From the IMG/VR virus record IMGVR_UViG_3300031993_000017: a stretch of DNA of 64,000 nucleotides; one strand, written 5' to 3'. Source of the stretch: a virus (taxonomy: Duplodnaviria; Caudoviricetes). The stretch's first letter is position 1, and each line of letters begins with the position of its first letter. Below, one piece after another: positions 1 through 9,925 of the stretch. The position numbers and the translations under genes were made by a program. The notes beneath the pieces are model-generated. The model did no database searches and had not been told where the DNA came from. It saw only the letters and a program-made list of their open reading frames with translations.

Positions 1-70
1 AAAGTATTTATTACCATAATTATAAGTTGAAATTTGAAATTTGTCAATAGAAAAATAAATATTTCCAAAT

Positions 71-111
71 AAAAAATCACTACCTAGAATGAAAAATCAA
101 ACTAGGTAGTG
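71..111 (-). terminator. Intrinsic terminator after tail sheath gene
   Basis: Minus strand TCACTACCTAG-loop-CTAGGTAGTGA followed by TTTTTT. Confidence 0.75.
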
Positions 112-149
112 ACTTCAATCATTCATCTAATAAGGAATAGACGATCTAA

Positions 150-2513
150 TTAAATACTGATCGAATTGAGATCAACCGATGCAGGTAATGCAATAAGATC
201 AATAAAGATATCGTTCACGATACCGTGTACGGTGATGTAAACCTTACCTATTACAGTGTTGGCGTTCACACTATCAAGTCCGTTGATATCTGCTCTCATT
301 ACAACTCTGTAATCATCGATCGCACCTACATTCCGCATAGTATCAAGCAGAGGTGTTACACCTGCGTAGAACTTGCTGTATGCTTGTTCGTTGTTGTACT
401 GGAATGTGATAGAGATTCCTACTCTGTAGCAAACATCTTTGATTGCGTCTACAAGGAATCTTGTGGAAAGATTCTCAAGTGCATTGTAGGTTGCAGGTGG
501 AATATCCCAACCCGTGTAATTTCCCCAAAGGTTTGTTCCGAGATCCGGAATATTTGTAATAGCGTTTACATTTACACCTTCACCTGACTGCCATTCATCG
601 AGGTACTTCTTAGGAACGATGTAGTCAAGTTTTCCAATGGCAACATTGTGCTTTCTGTTAGTAGGAAGTGCCCAGGAGTACTGAATACTCTGATTTGCCA
701 TCTGTGACCGTTCGATCATCAGCTTGAGGAAAGAAGGCGGTGCGATACTAGAACGACTTGTTCCAGCATATACGAAATGTCCCCAAGGTGCGAAGTAAGC
801 ACTATGAGTAGCGAATAATGGTTCGGTATTCTTATAATCTGTGGAAAGTTTAGTAAAGTATTTTTGTGCGTCACTACGCTTTAATGTTCTAGGAACATCG
901 ATCAGACCTGCTGCACATCTACTATAATAGGAAACAAACATAATTGCTTTGTGCATAGGTGAAAGGCTGATATTCTGCCAAGTTACAGGTGCCCAAGACT
1001 CTGCATCAATTACATCACCGAACCAAGTGAAGTCTTGATCATCCCAAGGGCTGATGATTCTATCAGGATTATAGGTAAGTCTATCAGTCAGAAGATAAAG
1101 AATACCATCTTCCCAATCATTGACATTAGCAGAAGCATTGTCTGTAGGCTTACCGGTTGTATTTGTATAAAGCCATTCACGATAATAGAATCCGTCTGCA
1201 TCAACCTTATCAACACCTGCATCCTTTACAGCTTTAAGACCCTTGATGTAAATTGTTTCCTCACCGAATCTTGCTTGAGCAAGTGCAAGTGCCTTAGTCA
1301 TCGCATCATCTGCAGATTCCGTAAATCCATGATCGTCACCACCGGTAAGAGATACTTCAAATGTATCTTCTGCTTCATCGAAGTTTCCGAACAGTTCGAT
1401 ATCTACAAACTTAGATGTTACTTCATCAATGTAAAGGATTGTATCAGTAGTTGCAAGTTCATCCATGGTGAACACAAGGTTCTCTACAGCTGTCAGAGCT
1501 CCTGTGGAATCTTTGATATAAGTAATCATGTTCCAATACTTGTAATTTCCATAAGTTACTCTTGCGAGTTTGATAACTAAGGAATCACCAAAGGAGCCAG
1601 GATACTTAGCTTTAAACAGAACTCTGTTATCTACTTGCTCAGGATCTGCAACTGAAACTACTTCTGTCCAGTTACTAGGATCAAATGCATTAGTCCATTC
1701 ACCTTGCCATTCACTTGCATCCCAACGTCTACCAAGTTCCCAATCAGATTGATTAAATGCACCAGGAGTTTCAACAGCATTAACACAATTGTAAATGTTT
1801 CCATCATATCTAACAAGATCACCTACAGCATAAGTGGATTGATCACTAAATGCATCCGGTTCTGCCATATTAGAAGAACATACCTTATACTGCCCGTCAT
1901 ATACACAAGCATCGCCTTCAGAATAGATTGTTTGATTACTGAACGGATCTGCTGTAGGATTGTCAACTTTTGCTTTGTAAATCAATCCATTGTAATTTAC
2001 ATAAGCACCAGTTGTATACTGAGCATGTTCAGAAAAATCATTGATAGAAATATTTGCATCAATGTGTTCATTTGCCTGTACTAACTGTCCATTGGTAGCT
2101 GGATAGTAAAAATCATCACCAGCTTCATATGACTTTGTGTTGTCATAATTCTCTGCACAGAAAATATTACCTTCTGACTTAGTTCCGGGGCAAAGTCTGC
2201 ACACAAGAACATCATATCCTGCAGTAAGAAGTGTGATAGCAGTCTGATAGGAGTAATCTCCATACAAGCGATAGTTAGTAGCAGGTCCACGATAGGTAGA
2301 GATAAATGCTTCAAGTCCTGCCTGGTTTGCAGGAAACTTCGCCCATGTTGTTTCGTCCAAGATTTCATCTTTGGATTTCTTACCAACAGCTTCATAATCA
2401 AAATAACCAGGTCCCCAAGCTGCGGTAATCGGAAGTGCCACTGTGGCATATGAGTTAGCGCCAATGTTATAAGTATAATTCGAGCTAACTTCATTGATCA
2501 CGATTTGTGCCAT
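150..2513 (-). CDS. Contractile tail sheath protein with inserted carbohydrate-binding (CBM5/12-like) modules
   Basis: N-terminal WGP motif, AKYPGSFGD, LTGGDD, FAPW, and C-terminal sheath domain (WGNYT..LSTRFL..FQYN..GAIDDYRV); internal Y..GD.V.Y.G..Y repeats. Confidence 0.9.
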   Translation of the reverse strand: MAQIVINEVSSNYTYNIGANSYATVALPITAAWGPGYFDYEAVGKKSKDEILDETTWAKFPANQAGLEAFISTYRGPATNYRLYGDYSYQTAITLLTAGYDVLVCRLCPGTKSEGNIFCAENYDNTKSYEAGDDFYYPATNGQLVQANEHIDANISINDFSEHAQYTTGAYVNYNGLIYKAKVDNPTADPFSNQTIYSEGDACVYDGQYKVCSSNMAEPDAFSDQSTYAVGDLVRYDGNIYNCVNAVETPGAFNQSDWELGRRWDASEWQGEWTNAFDPSNWTEVVSVADPEQVDNRVLFKAKYPGSFGDSLVIKLARVTYGNYKYWNMITYIKDSTGALTAVENLVFTMDELATTDTILYIDEVTSKFVDIELFGNFDEAEDTFEVSLTGGDDHGFTESADDAMTKALALAQARFGEETIYIKGLKAVKDAGVDKVDADGFYYREWLYTNTTGKPTDNASANVNDWEDGILYLLTDRLTYNPDRIISPWDDQDFTWFGDVIDAESWAPVTWQNISLSPMHKAIMFVSYYSRCAAGLIDVPRTLKRSDAQKYFTKLSTDYKNTEPLFATHSAYFAPWGHFVYAGTSRSSIAPPSFLKLMIERSQMANQSIQYSWALPTNRKHNVAIGKLDYIVPKKYLDEWQSGEGVNVNAITNIPDLGTNLWGNYTGWDIPPATYNALENLSTRFLVDAIKDVCYRVGISITFQYNNEQAYSKFYAGVTPLLDTMRNVGAIDDYRVVMRADINGLDSVNANTVIGKVYITVHGIVNDIFIDLIALPASVDLNSISI

Positions 2514-2515
2514 GT

Positions 2516-2782
2516 TTAATCCTCCTTCAATGTTGTTGATTTCTTTGTATATTTTCTTGTAGGTTTTGACTTATCTTCCCGAACAGGTTTTGTAATATCA
2601 GTTTTTCCTTCAGTAGTTACAACAGTTTTGATTTCCTGTTGTTCAGGTACTTCCACAGGATCACTAACACGAGCAAATTTCGTGTTATTGATGTACCCGG
2701 AAACTGATTTTACTTCACCCGGAAGAAAAGTTACGCCATAGAAGGTTTTTACGGCTTTTGATAAGTTTTTGTAAGTAGGCAT
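2516..2782 (-). CDS. Hypothetical protein, probably virion-associated
   Basis: 88-aa ORF with SD (AAAGGGG), directly upstream of the sheath gene. Confidence 0.6.
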   Translation of the reverse strand: MPTYKNLSKAVKTFYGVTFLPGEVKSVSGYINNTKFARVSDPVEVPEQQEIKTVVTTEGKTDITKPVREDKSKPTRKYTKKSTTLKED

Positions 2783-2819
2783 TGTTTTCTTGCCCCTTTC
2801 TTTCTTATTCTACATCTTG

Positions 2820-3112
2820 ACGATCCTATCAACGGAAGTTAATAGGATTTCGTGAGAAGTTTGTCCGAAGACCTTATTCTCACAGGCATCGCCAAGATGC
2901 TCTTACGCAGTTGCCAATTTTGGCGGCTTCTGCTTACATTTTCCTTGTTTAATGGGCAATTGTTCCCCCAAAATCATTACGCCCTGTTCTCGTCCTGTTG
3001 CCTCAATGTTTGAGGTTCGTGTTCCTGCTACAGCCGGCGACCAGCAATCTAGATTGATGGATTTTTGTAATCATCTAAGAAGCAGAAGTTTTCTAGGTTT
3101 CTACTCCCTTTC
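2820..3112 (-). ncRNA. Candidate structured RNA or 5' leader of the sheath operon
   Basis: Series of hairpins including a cUUCGg tetraloop (2863-2872) and a U-G-containing stem (2823-2848), both favouring the minus strand; 9-bp long-range helix 2927-2935/3080-3088; GC-richer than flanks. Confidence 0.6.
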
Positions 3113-3232
3113 CATCATAAAAGGTTTACTTTATTTTAATATCTAAATCATATTAAACTCCATTTAATTAGATTAAAATATTGTCTTAGATTTTAATGCT
3201 ATCACCAAATTATAAAAATGTAAATGAGATAC

Positions 3233-3261
3233 TTGATTTTCATTTACAATTATGCTATAAT
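3233..3261 (+). promoter_or_regulatory. Sigma-A type promoter of tnpB
   Basis: TTGATT-N17-TATAAT with extended TGn; inverted repeat TGTAAATGA (3219-3227)/TCATTTACA (3240-3248) flanks the -35. Confidence 0.7.
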
Positions 3262-3284
3262 ATATTTGAAAGGAGGTGGGTCAT

Positions 3285-4553
3285 ATGAAATTATCAACAT
3301 GGAAATGTAGTTTGAAACATCTTACAGCGAAACAGTATGAATATCTTAGAGAAATGTGTCATCTTAGTAAGAATGTGTATAATGAATCTGTATATAACAT
3401 TCGGCAACAGTATTTCCAAGAAGGTTCATATCTTCGATACGAAGCGAATTTCAGTATAATGAAGTTTTCTGAAAATTACATCAATTTAGGTTCAAATGTT
3501 TCTCAGGCTACAATGAGATGTGCAGATCAATCTTTCAAATCATTCTTCGCTCTTTTGAAGAAAGTAAAAGACGGTGTCTATGAAAATTGGAAAGTAAAAC
3601 TTCCACATTACTTAGATAAGGATGGAGTCTATCCAGTTACGTTCATACATGCTGGTGAATCTAATTATTCTAGTGGAAAATTCAAAATCCCAATGTCTAA
3701 GTATCTTAGAGACAAGTACAATGGAATGAAATTTTATATCGATGTTCCAGAATATGTTCGTGACAAGAAAATACATACAATATCAATCGTACCAAAGTAC
3801 CATGGAAAATATTTTGAAGCAAGATTTGTATTTGAAGAAAATGATGTTACCGAATCACATATTGATTATAATTCTGCATTGAGTATTGATCTTGGAGTAA
3901 ATAATTTTTGTACCTGTGCAACTTCCACCGGAGAATCTTTTATCATTGACGGAAAAAGAATAAAGTCTATCAATCAATGGTACAACAAAGAAAATGCCAG
4001 ACTGTCAAGCATAAAAGATTTGCAAGGAATCAAAGGTTGCACAAAAAGACAATATTTATTAGCCAGAAAACGAGAACGTAGAATTGATGATTTGATTTAT
4101 AAGTCTGCAAAGTACATAGTTAATTATTGTATTGAACATCAGATTGGTAATATTGTTGTAGGTTACAATGATGGTTTCCAAGATCGAGTTAATCTCGGTA
4201 AAGTAAATAATCAAAAGTTTGCAATGCTACCATATGGAAAGTTGAAGTCAAGGATTCAATATCTTTGCACAAAATATGGAATAAACTATGTGGAACAGGA
4301 AGAATCTTATACATCTAAGGCGAGTTTCTTAGATCGTGATGAAATTCCGAAATGGAATCCATTGAACCCAAAGCAAGGGGAGTTCACAGGTAAAAGGATA
4401 TATCGTGGACTGTATCAAACAAAAGATGGCATTCTGATAAATGCAGATGTGAATGGAGCGTTAAACATACTAAGAAAAAGTAGCGTTGTGAGTTTAGAGA
4501 CTCTATACAGTAGCGGCGTTGTCCTTACGCCTACAAGAGTTAGAATCCTGTAA
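3285..4553 (+). mobile_element. tnpB: TnpB RNA-guided endonuclease (IS200/IS605 family, IS1341-like, no tnpA)
   Basis: SIDLGVNN (RuvC-I), IVVG at RuvC-II with alternative Glu in EESYTS, INADVNGALNI (RuvC-III); ATG 3285 after SD AAGGAGGTG. Confidence 0.9.
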
Positions 4554-4592
4554 CAAGGAGTTTAGCGACTTAAAATCCAACTCTTCATAAAA

Positions 4593-4650
4593 AGATTCAT
4601 ATAAATTTAAGAGTTTACTTTATTATTCTTAAATTAAATTATATGAATCT
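4593..4650. terminator. Long inverted repeat between convergent genes (bidirectional terminator or omegaRNA 3' region)
   Basis: AGATTCATATAA...TTATATGAATCT. Confidence 0.5.
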
Positions 4651-5249
4651 TATAGGATATCCGGATCAACAGCAATCCGTTTTAATTTTTTCTCTACGTA
4701 AGAAATTAAAACGGTACCGTCACAGACCAACGGAATGGAAGCCTGGTATAATTTACCGCCTTTATTATAGGCGTTTGTAGTAGAACTATAATCAATATCA
4801 GTTCCTGGTTTGATTTGTACTCCAAATCTTGTTTTCCTTGGTACTTCATAAGGAAGTGTAACATCAATGAAATACATAGAGCTATATTTGAAAAGTAGTT
4901 CTCTAACAATTTCATCTAGATCTGCCATTCTTGTAGCTAAAGCTGTAATAGTGTAATTCAAATCAATGGGAATTACTCTTTCATTATAGAAATTATTAGT
5001 TTCATTATCAAACCCAGCTGAAACTCCAGAATGTAATCTGGTGAAGTTCATGCGATCTTGTGCAATATGCAAATTAGTGTCTCTGAAAAGTGCTACAATT
5101 GGAAAACTAACTTCATCATTCTGAATTTGTGCAGCCAAATCAATTACACTTTCAGGATCAATTACCCGGACTACAGGGTTAGGGACTCTTTCCGGATTAA
5201 AGGAATCTAATAAATCTTCTGTTAGTGCGTTATCATAGATGTAAATCAT
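4650..5249 (-). CDS. Putative tail completion/neck protein
   Basis: Position between head-closure-like gene and sheath; FPIVAL...IPIDLNYTI pattern resembling tail terminator proteins. Confidence 0.45.
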   Translation of the reverse strand: MIYIYDNALTEDLLDSFNPERVPNPVVRVIDPESVIDLAAQIQNDEVSFPIVALFRDTNLHIAQDRMNFTRLHSGVSAGFDNETNNFYNERVIPIDLNYTITALATRMADLDEIVRELLFKYSSMYFIDVTLPYEVPRKTRFGVQIKPGTDIDYSSTTNAYNKGGKLYQASIPLVCDGTVLISYVEKKLKRIAVDPDIL

Positions 5250-5794
5250 TGATTCCCTGCACCCCCATTCTCTACTGTTTTAATAGGCTGACCACGATAA
5301 TCTGTATTTGGTTTAATAAAATAATTGGATTTGTTGTATTTCCTTGCAATTTCTTGATCAGTTTGTCCGACTGTTTGTTTCTCATAAACAGGTACAACTT
5401 GGCAGACAAGATGATCAGGCGCCTGTAAATCATAAGTAATTTCAGTTACTTTAAACACACGGTCAGGAAGTTCACTGTACTGACCGCTTATTGTAAACAC
5501 GCTATCTCTTTGCAAGTTTGGAAGATTAAAACTGCAATGGATCAAGAAAGGAAGGTTTTCATCATTTTCAACCACCCATCCATATCTCTTGAATGTCTTA
5601 ACCTTTGGAGATCCATCAAAGAATACAAATGTATCGATGTATTCGGAATAACTATCTACTACAGTTTCTCCTTGATGATTTGAAGTAGCAAGGTTTGGAA
5701 ATTGATACTTAACTGGAATACCTTGCTGTTTCAACGCCTCATCATACATAGACCTAAGTATTTTAATATCTTGACCTATGATATTTACAGTCAT
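5246..5794 (-). CDS. Putative head-closure/neck protein
   Basis: Structural module context; beta-rich; VFKVTEI motif. Confidence 0.45.
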   Translation of the reverse strand: MTVNIIGQDIKILRSMYDEALKQQGIPVKYQFPNLATSNHQGETVVDSYSEYIDTFVFFDGSPKVKTFKRYGWVVENDENLPFLIHCSFNLPNLQRDSVFTISGQYSELPDRVFKVTEITYDLQAPDHLVCQVVPVYEKQTVGQTDQEIARKYNKSNYFIKPNTDYRGQPIKTVENGGAGNQ

Positions 5795-6441
5795 TCTCCA
5801 TCACCTTCATCTTCAGCTTCTTTTGCATAAACATAATCATTGATAATATCTTTGATTGTTCCTACAAAAGTGAGCCAATCCCATACGAACTTCTTTGTTT
5901 CGCTAATTCCTTCAAGATTCAATGCCGATCCCTTTCCAAGAGCATTCAGGAATTCAGATCTACGTACGGCAATATTTTCATTTAACCACTTAGGAAGTTT
6001 ATCAGATTGAAATACTACTACATACATCTTAACATCTCTGTTACCAACAGAGTTATGTTCAATAACAGGCAACACTCGAATCTTATCAAATTTCAATCCA
6101 TCTAATGTGATAAGATATTCGATTTGTTCTTCAGTCATCCTATCATTGTAAGCATAAGTAATCAAGAATCCGAATTTAGAAAGCTGTATGAGTATATCGT
6201 CTGTTGTAAGTTCTTCATCTCCAAGAGGTGTAATAATTTCACCTTCCGCTTGGATAACTGTTGAAAATAAGATGCCATACATATCGTGTTCAACAGCAAT
6301 CCGAATACCAGAAAAATTCTGATCATTGTTGATATGACTTATCCGAATGTGTAATTTTGTACTGTTGTTAGAAATACACTGCGTAGCTTGATCCCAGTTT
6401 GATATTTCATAACGCAACGGCATTTGGCTCATTATGTTCAC
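5791..6441 (-). CDS. Hypothetical protein
   Basis: 216-aa ORF translationally coupled in the head module. Confidence 0.6.
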   Translation of the reverse strand: MNIMSQMPLRYEISNWDQATQCISNNSTKLHIRISHINNDQNFSGIRIAVEHDMYGILFSTVIQAEGEIITPLGDEELTTDDILIQLSKFGFLITYAYNDRMTEEQIEYLITLDGLKFDKIRVLPVIEHNSVGNRDVKMYVVVFQSDKLPKWLNENIAVRRSEFLNALGKGSALNLEGISETKKFVWDWLTFVGTIKDIINDYVYAKEAEDEGDGE

Positions 6442-6796
6442 TTCCCATCATTTCAAGTTGTTTTTGATCCTTGACATACTGTTGCAACTCTAACTGAAAT
6501 GCTTTCAGCAGTTCAGTATTAGTATCAGGATATTCACTGAAGTATTTAGCAACCATATCTAGCTTCAATTTGAAATACAATATTCGCTTATCTTCATCAG
6601 AGATTTCAGGATGTCTCTCAGAAAAGATGAAGTATCTAGTTACTGCACTAGAAAACGCTTTATGTACAACAGGATCATCCTCTGATAGAGATGCTCGTTC
6701 AATCGTTCTGAAATTACTTGAGTTATAGGATTTCAAATCTTTGAAAAAAGTCTTAGTTAATTCTAAACTTGTAAGCAATTTCGCGTTCCTCCTCAA
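6407..6796 (-). CDS. Hypothetical protein
   Basis: 129-aa ORF downstream of portal. Confidence 0.55.
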   Translation of the reverse strand: MRRNAKLLTSLELTKTFFKDLKSYNSSNFRTIERASLSEDDPVVHKAFSSAVTRYFIFSERHPEISDEDKRILYFKLKLDMVAKYFSEYPDTNTELLKAFQLELQQYVKDQKQLEMMGSEHNEPNAVAL

Positions 6797-6809
6797 ACTT
6801 GTTTATACC

Positions 6810-8306
6810 TTAGTATTCTTCTGTGTTATCTTGTGATACATTGATGTCCCAACTAGCAACTTCTGCACCAGTTCGTGGAAGTACTTCTGATAATATTTCA
6901 ATCAATGCTTCCTTGAAATCAGACCTATCATCTACACCCAAATTCTTGAGAAGGTCTACAACAGAACTAGCTTGATTGAGTGCTTGATCTCTCTTGTCAA
7001 ATTGAACGGTGCTCTGAATAGTGATAATCGGATTCATGTGAAGCTGGAACTTATCTACAAAGCCTTTCATTCCACGGCGTACAAAATACTTATTGAGAGC
7101 TTCCCTCCATCCTTCCATGTAAGCAGTTTCAAGACGCTGCAAACTGTTAGCATACAGAGCAGATCTCTGAGACATAACAGCTCCGGCTCCACCTAATCCT
7201 TCATTAGACGAATAGTTCATAGCCTCCTTAGGAACACCTAATACAGACAACTTTTTGTTCTGATAATAATCTAGAAGCTTGTTATCTGCTTCGGTAGCTT
7301 CTGCCATGTTTAAGTCAGTTACACTGATTGCATCGTTACCGTTTATCTTAGGAACATATATCAGGTTGTTAGGACTCTGAGGGTTCACGAAGCTTTGAAT
7401 GTCTCCTGTAGCAGTGTTTAACGAAAGCTGTTGTTCAATAGTATCCTTGACCTGTTGAAGTGTATTTCGTATCTCTTCTTCAACAGTACCACACTCTACA
7501 TTTATGAACTTGATTGTTCGATTCAATGAAGATAAAACTACTGCGTCTTCCAACAGATTCAAAGTCTGTGTAGGTGTAACTGCACTCTCCATCAGAGGAT
7601 CCGCAAACTTGATATCGTATTCGTATGTGTTGCCATCACCATCTGTAGTAGATACTTTGTAATCTCCGAGCATACCGCCTAACGCAAAATGTATAACCGA
7701 ACTTTCAGGAAACAGCGTAGTTCTATCGAATGTATCATTTTCGTCAGGATCAATCAAAAATCCTTCAGGCTCTCCCTGATACCAAAGATGCAAGATATCT
7801 TCTGGAGGTATCTTAGTAGAGGGAATGATGTCATATGTGTCATCTAAAACCGTATTACCGTCTAAAGCTACTCCGTGACGAATTACATCTCCAGACTCAC
7901 GTTTGTATATGTCCGTTGTTGGAATATACAAGTTTCCAATAGTAGCAAGCTCTAATATGTGGTCTCTAGCGTAGTTATTGATTTTCCATCTTCTGAACAA
8001 GTCATTTACTACCTGTGCGACTTCTCCGTCTTGCTCAGCATCTATAGGCGTAGCCCATATGATGTCTCCACCAGTGTTAACAGTAGTAGCGTCTGTAGCG
8101 TAATAAGAAAGTGCTGTTGCAATCTGTGAATCAGTTGCTAGAGATCTCATCGTGTTTATGCGTGTTCGAATAGTAGCGAAGCAAGAAAGCCCTCTTGCAT
8201 CAGAAATTCGATACATTGAACCACTGACAATATTTCGTATCCAAGAGATAGAAGGTCTGTTACTATTCAAAAGAAGTTTAGACACCCAATTTCTAACTGA
8301 AGCCAT
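6810..8306 (-). CDS. Portal protein (T4 gp20-like)
   Basis: Downstream of terminase; TLNLLEDAVVLSSLNR and YYQNKKLSVLGVPK motifs typical of gp20-type portals; 498 aa. Confidence 0.8.
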   Translation of the reverse strand: MASVRNWVSKLLLNSNRPSISWIRNIVSGSMYRISDARGLSCFATIRTRINTMRSLATDSQIATALSYYATDATTVNTGGDIIWATPIDAEQDGEVAQVVNDLFRRWKINNYARDHILELATIGNLYIPTTDIYKRESGDVIRHGVALDGNTVLDDTYDIIPSTKIPPEDILHLWYQGEPEGFLIDPDENDTFDRTTLFPESSVIHFALGGMLGDYKVSTTDGDGNTYEYDIKFADPLMESAVTPTQTLNLLEDAVVLSSLNRTIKFINVECGTVEEEIRNTLQQVKDTIEQQLSLNTATGDIQSFVNPQSPNNLIYVPKINGNDAISVTDLNMAEATEADNKLLDYYQNKKLSVLGVPKEAMNYSSNEGLGGAGAVMSQRSALYANSLQRLETAYMEGWREALNKYFVRRGMKGFVDKFQLHMNPIITIQSTVQFDKRDQALNQASSVVDLLKNLGVDDRSDFKEALIEILSEVLPRTGAEVASWDINVSQDNTEEY

Positions 8307-8342
8307 CTTTTCTCACTCCTTTATCCTTACTTTATGTTGTAA

Positions 8343-9908
8343 TCATTTAAGGTAAGATTCCAAATCTTCATCAATTGAATATCTAGAGAAAAATGTGTTT
8401 TCATCTAAAATAGTTAAACCTTTGTCTCTAGCGTACTTAATAGCTCTACCGTCTATATTCATCTGCGTGCCACCTACAACTACTACGTTGCAATCTTCGA
8501 CTTTATTCACATAAGATCCGGAGTAGCTAGCAATAATGCTGTAGATATCCTGAGCAGTTCCGTGCAAGAAATCCCCAGTTATAAATGCTTTCACGTTTCT
8601 AAGAACAGGAGCTCCATTAAATTGCTTGTTGGTGTTACAAATGATGATGTTCTTATTGTTGAGTAGCTTCTCAATATCTTTTAAGTTACGCTCGTCCTTT
8701 GCCCACACTACAAGATTAGATACTTCTGGAATGTCACTATTTTTAGCAAGCACCCCAGGATTAGAAATCTGATACATCAGGTTATCTGGATTGTTGTAGC
8801 ATCTATTGCATAACAATTTGATAGAGTTATAATCTGCTACAACATCTCTAGGAATAATTCCATACAGAAGTGTAGGTAAATCAATACTGGTTGTGTAATT
8901 ATATTCCGGAAGATTCAGTACATCTGGAATTGAAAAGTCACGGCCGTAATCTTTGCAAACACTCTGATATTTCTCATAACTGATTTTAGGAAGTTTGTAT
9001 GCGCAAAGCATGTTGTTAACAGGAATGAACAGACGAGAGTTGCAATGAGGGTCTGTACATATTGTATCTGTTCCAAAACGAGGAACAAACATGTTCCCAC
9101 AAACAGGGCATTTAATAGACTCTTGCTTGTTCTGTACACTAGACATTCCGTTCTTGTAAGAATGGATAACTTCACCGTAGTAATCTATCAAAAGCGCCGT
9201 ACCTTTCTCTACACAATACCGGTTTACACACTGGTTGTAATCGATGGTCATGTTGTCATTTATCTTCATCAAGATATGACCATGATAATCAGTACACTGA
9301 GAAAATGACTTAACTACTTCTATTCTCATATCTGCAGGATGGTAGGTAGGCTTTCCATTAGAATAAACACAGTAACCTGCTATGAGCGGGAAGTCAAAAT
9401 ACTTATCTTCACCAAGGAACTTCTCTAAGCGTGAGCGGAAGTTTTCTTCTTGCAACACTTCACTAGACAACGGAGTCCCTGGAAGAAGATTGAATCCAGA
9501 TGCAGCTAACCACTGTCTAGCTGCTAAAGATCCTTGGAAAACAGCTGCTAAACTCTTAACTGAGTATGCAGCAAAGACGAACTTATCAGGGGACTTAAGA
9601 AACGCTTTCTTAAGATCTGGATATATACATTCGGGGAGTATTCCGTCTTTATCCAGGAAAGAATGAACTCTTGTATAGAATACACCACTTACCCAAGTTC
9701 TTCCACCCGTTACGAGAAGGGTTCTAGGAACAAGTCCTTTCTCTAAAACTATCTTCATGTACTCTTGGCTGACATCTTCATCACCTTCAGTAGATCCATG
9801 AAGTATTTTTTCTATTCTACCTTTTGTATCATACTGCAATGTGATGAGAATACCTACAGGTACAACTGAGACATACTCACAATTTGAAAGAAAGTTTCTC
9901 ACAAACAT
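8343..9908 (-). CDS. NAD-dependent DNA ligase-like protein, apparently lacking the adenylated Lys
   Basis: Ligase-like N-terminus, CPVC...C...C zinc finger, C-terminal BRCT (AFITG..); KxDG position reads VVPVG. Confidence 0.7.
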   Translation of the reverse strand: MFVRNFLSNCEYVSVVPVGILITLQYDTKGRIEKILHGSTEGDEDVSQEYMKIVLEKGLVPRTLLVTGGRTWVSGVFYTRVHSFLDKDGILPECIYPDLKKAFLKSPDKFVFAAYSVKSLAAVFQGSLAARQWLAASGFNLLPGTPLSSEVLQEENFRSRLEKFLGEDKYFDFPLIAGYCVYSNGKPTYHPADMRIEVVKSFSQCTDYHGHILMKINDNMTIDYNQCVNRYCVEKGTALLIDYYGEVIHSYKNGMSSVQNKQESIKCPVCGNMFVPRFGTDTICTDPHCNSRLFIPVNNMLCAYKLPKISYEKYQSVCKDYGRDFSIPDVLNLPEYNYTTSIDLPTLLYGIIPRDVVADYNSIKLLCNRCYNNPDNLMYQISNPGVLAKNSDIPEVSNLVVWAKDERNLKDIEKLLNNKNIIICNTNKQFNGAPVLRNVKAFITGDFLHGTAQDIYSIIASYSGSYVNKVEDCNVVVVGGTQMNIDGRAIKYARDKGLTILDENTFFSRYSIDEDLESYLK

Positions 9909-9925
9909 ACTATAAACCTCCGAAT

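Noticed and set aside
2952-3146. 64-aa plus-strand ORF upstream of tnpB as a tnpA remnant
   Set aside because: No HuH/Y1 or serine-recombinase motif; the region is better explained as minus-strand structured RNA
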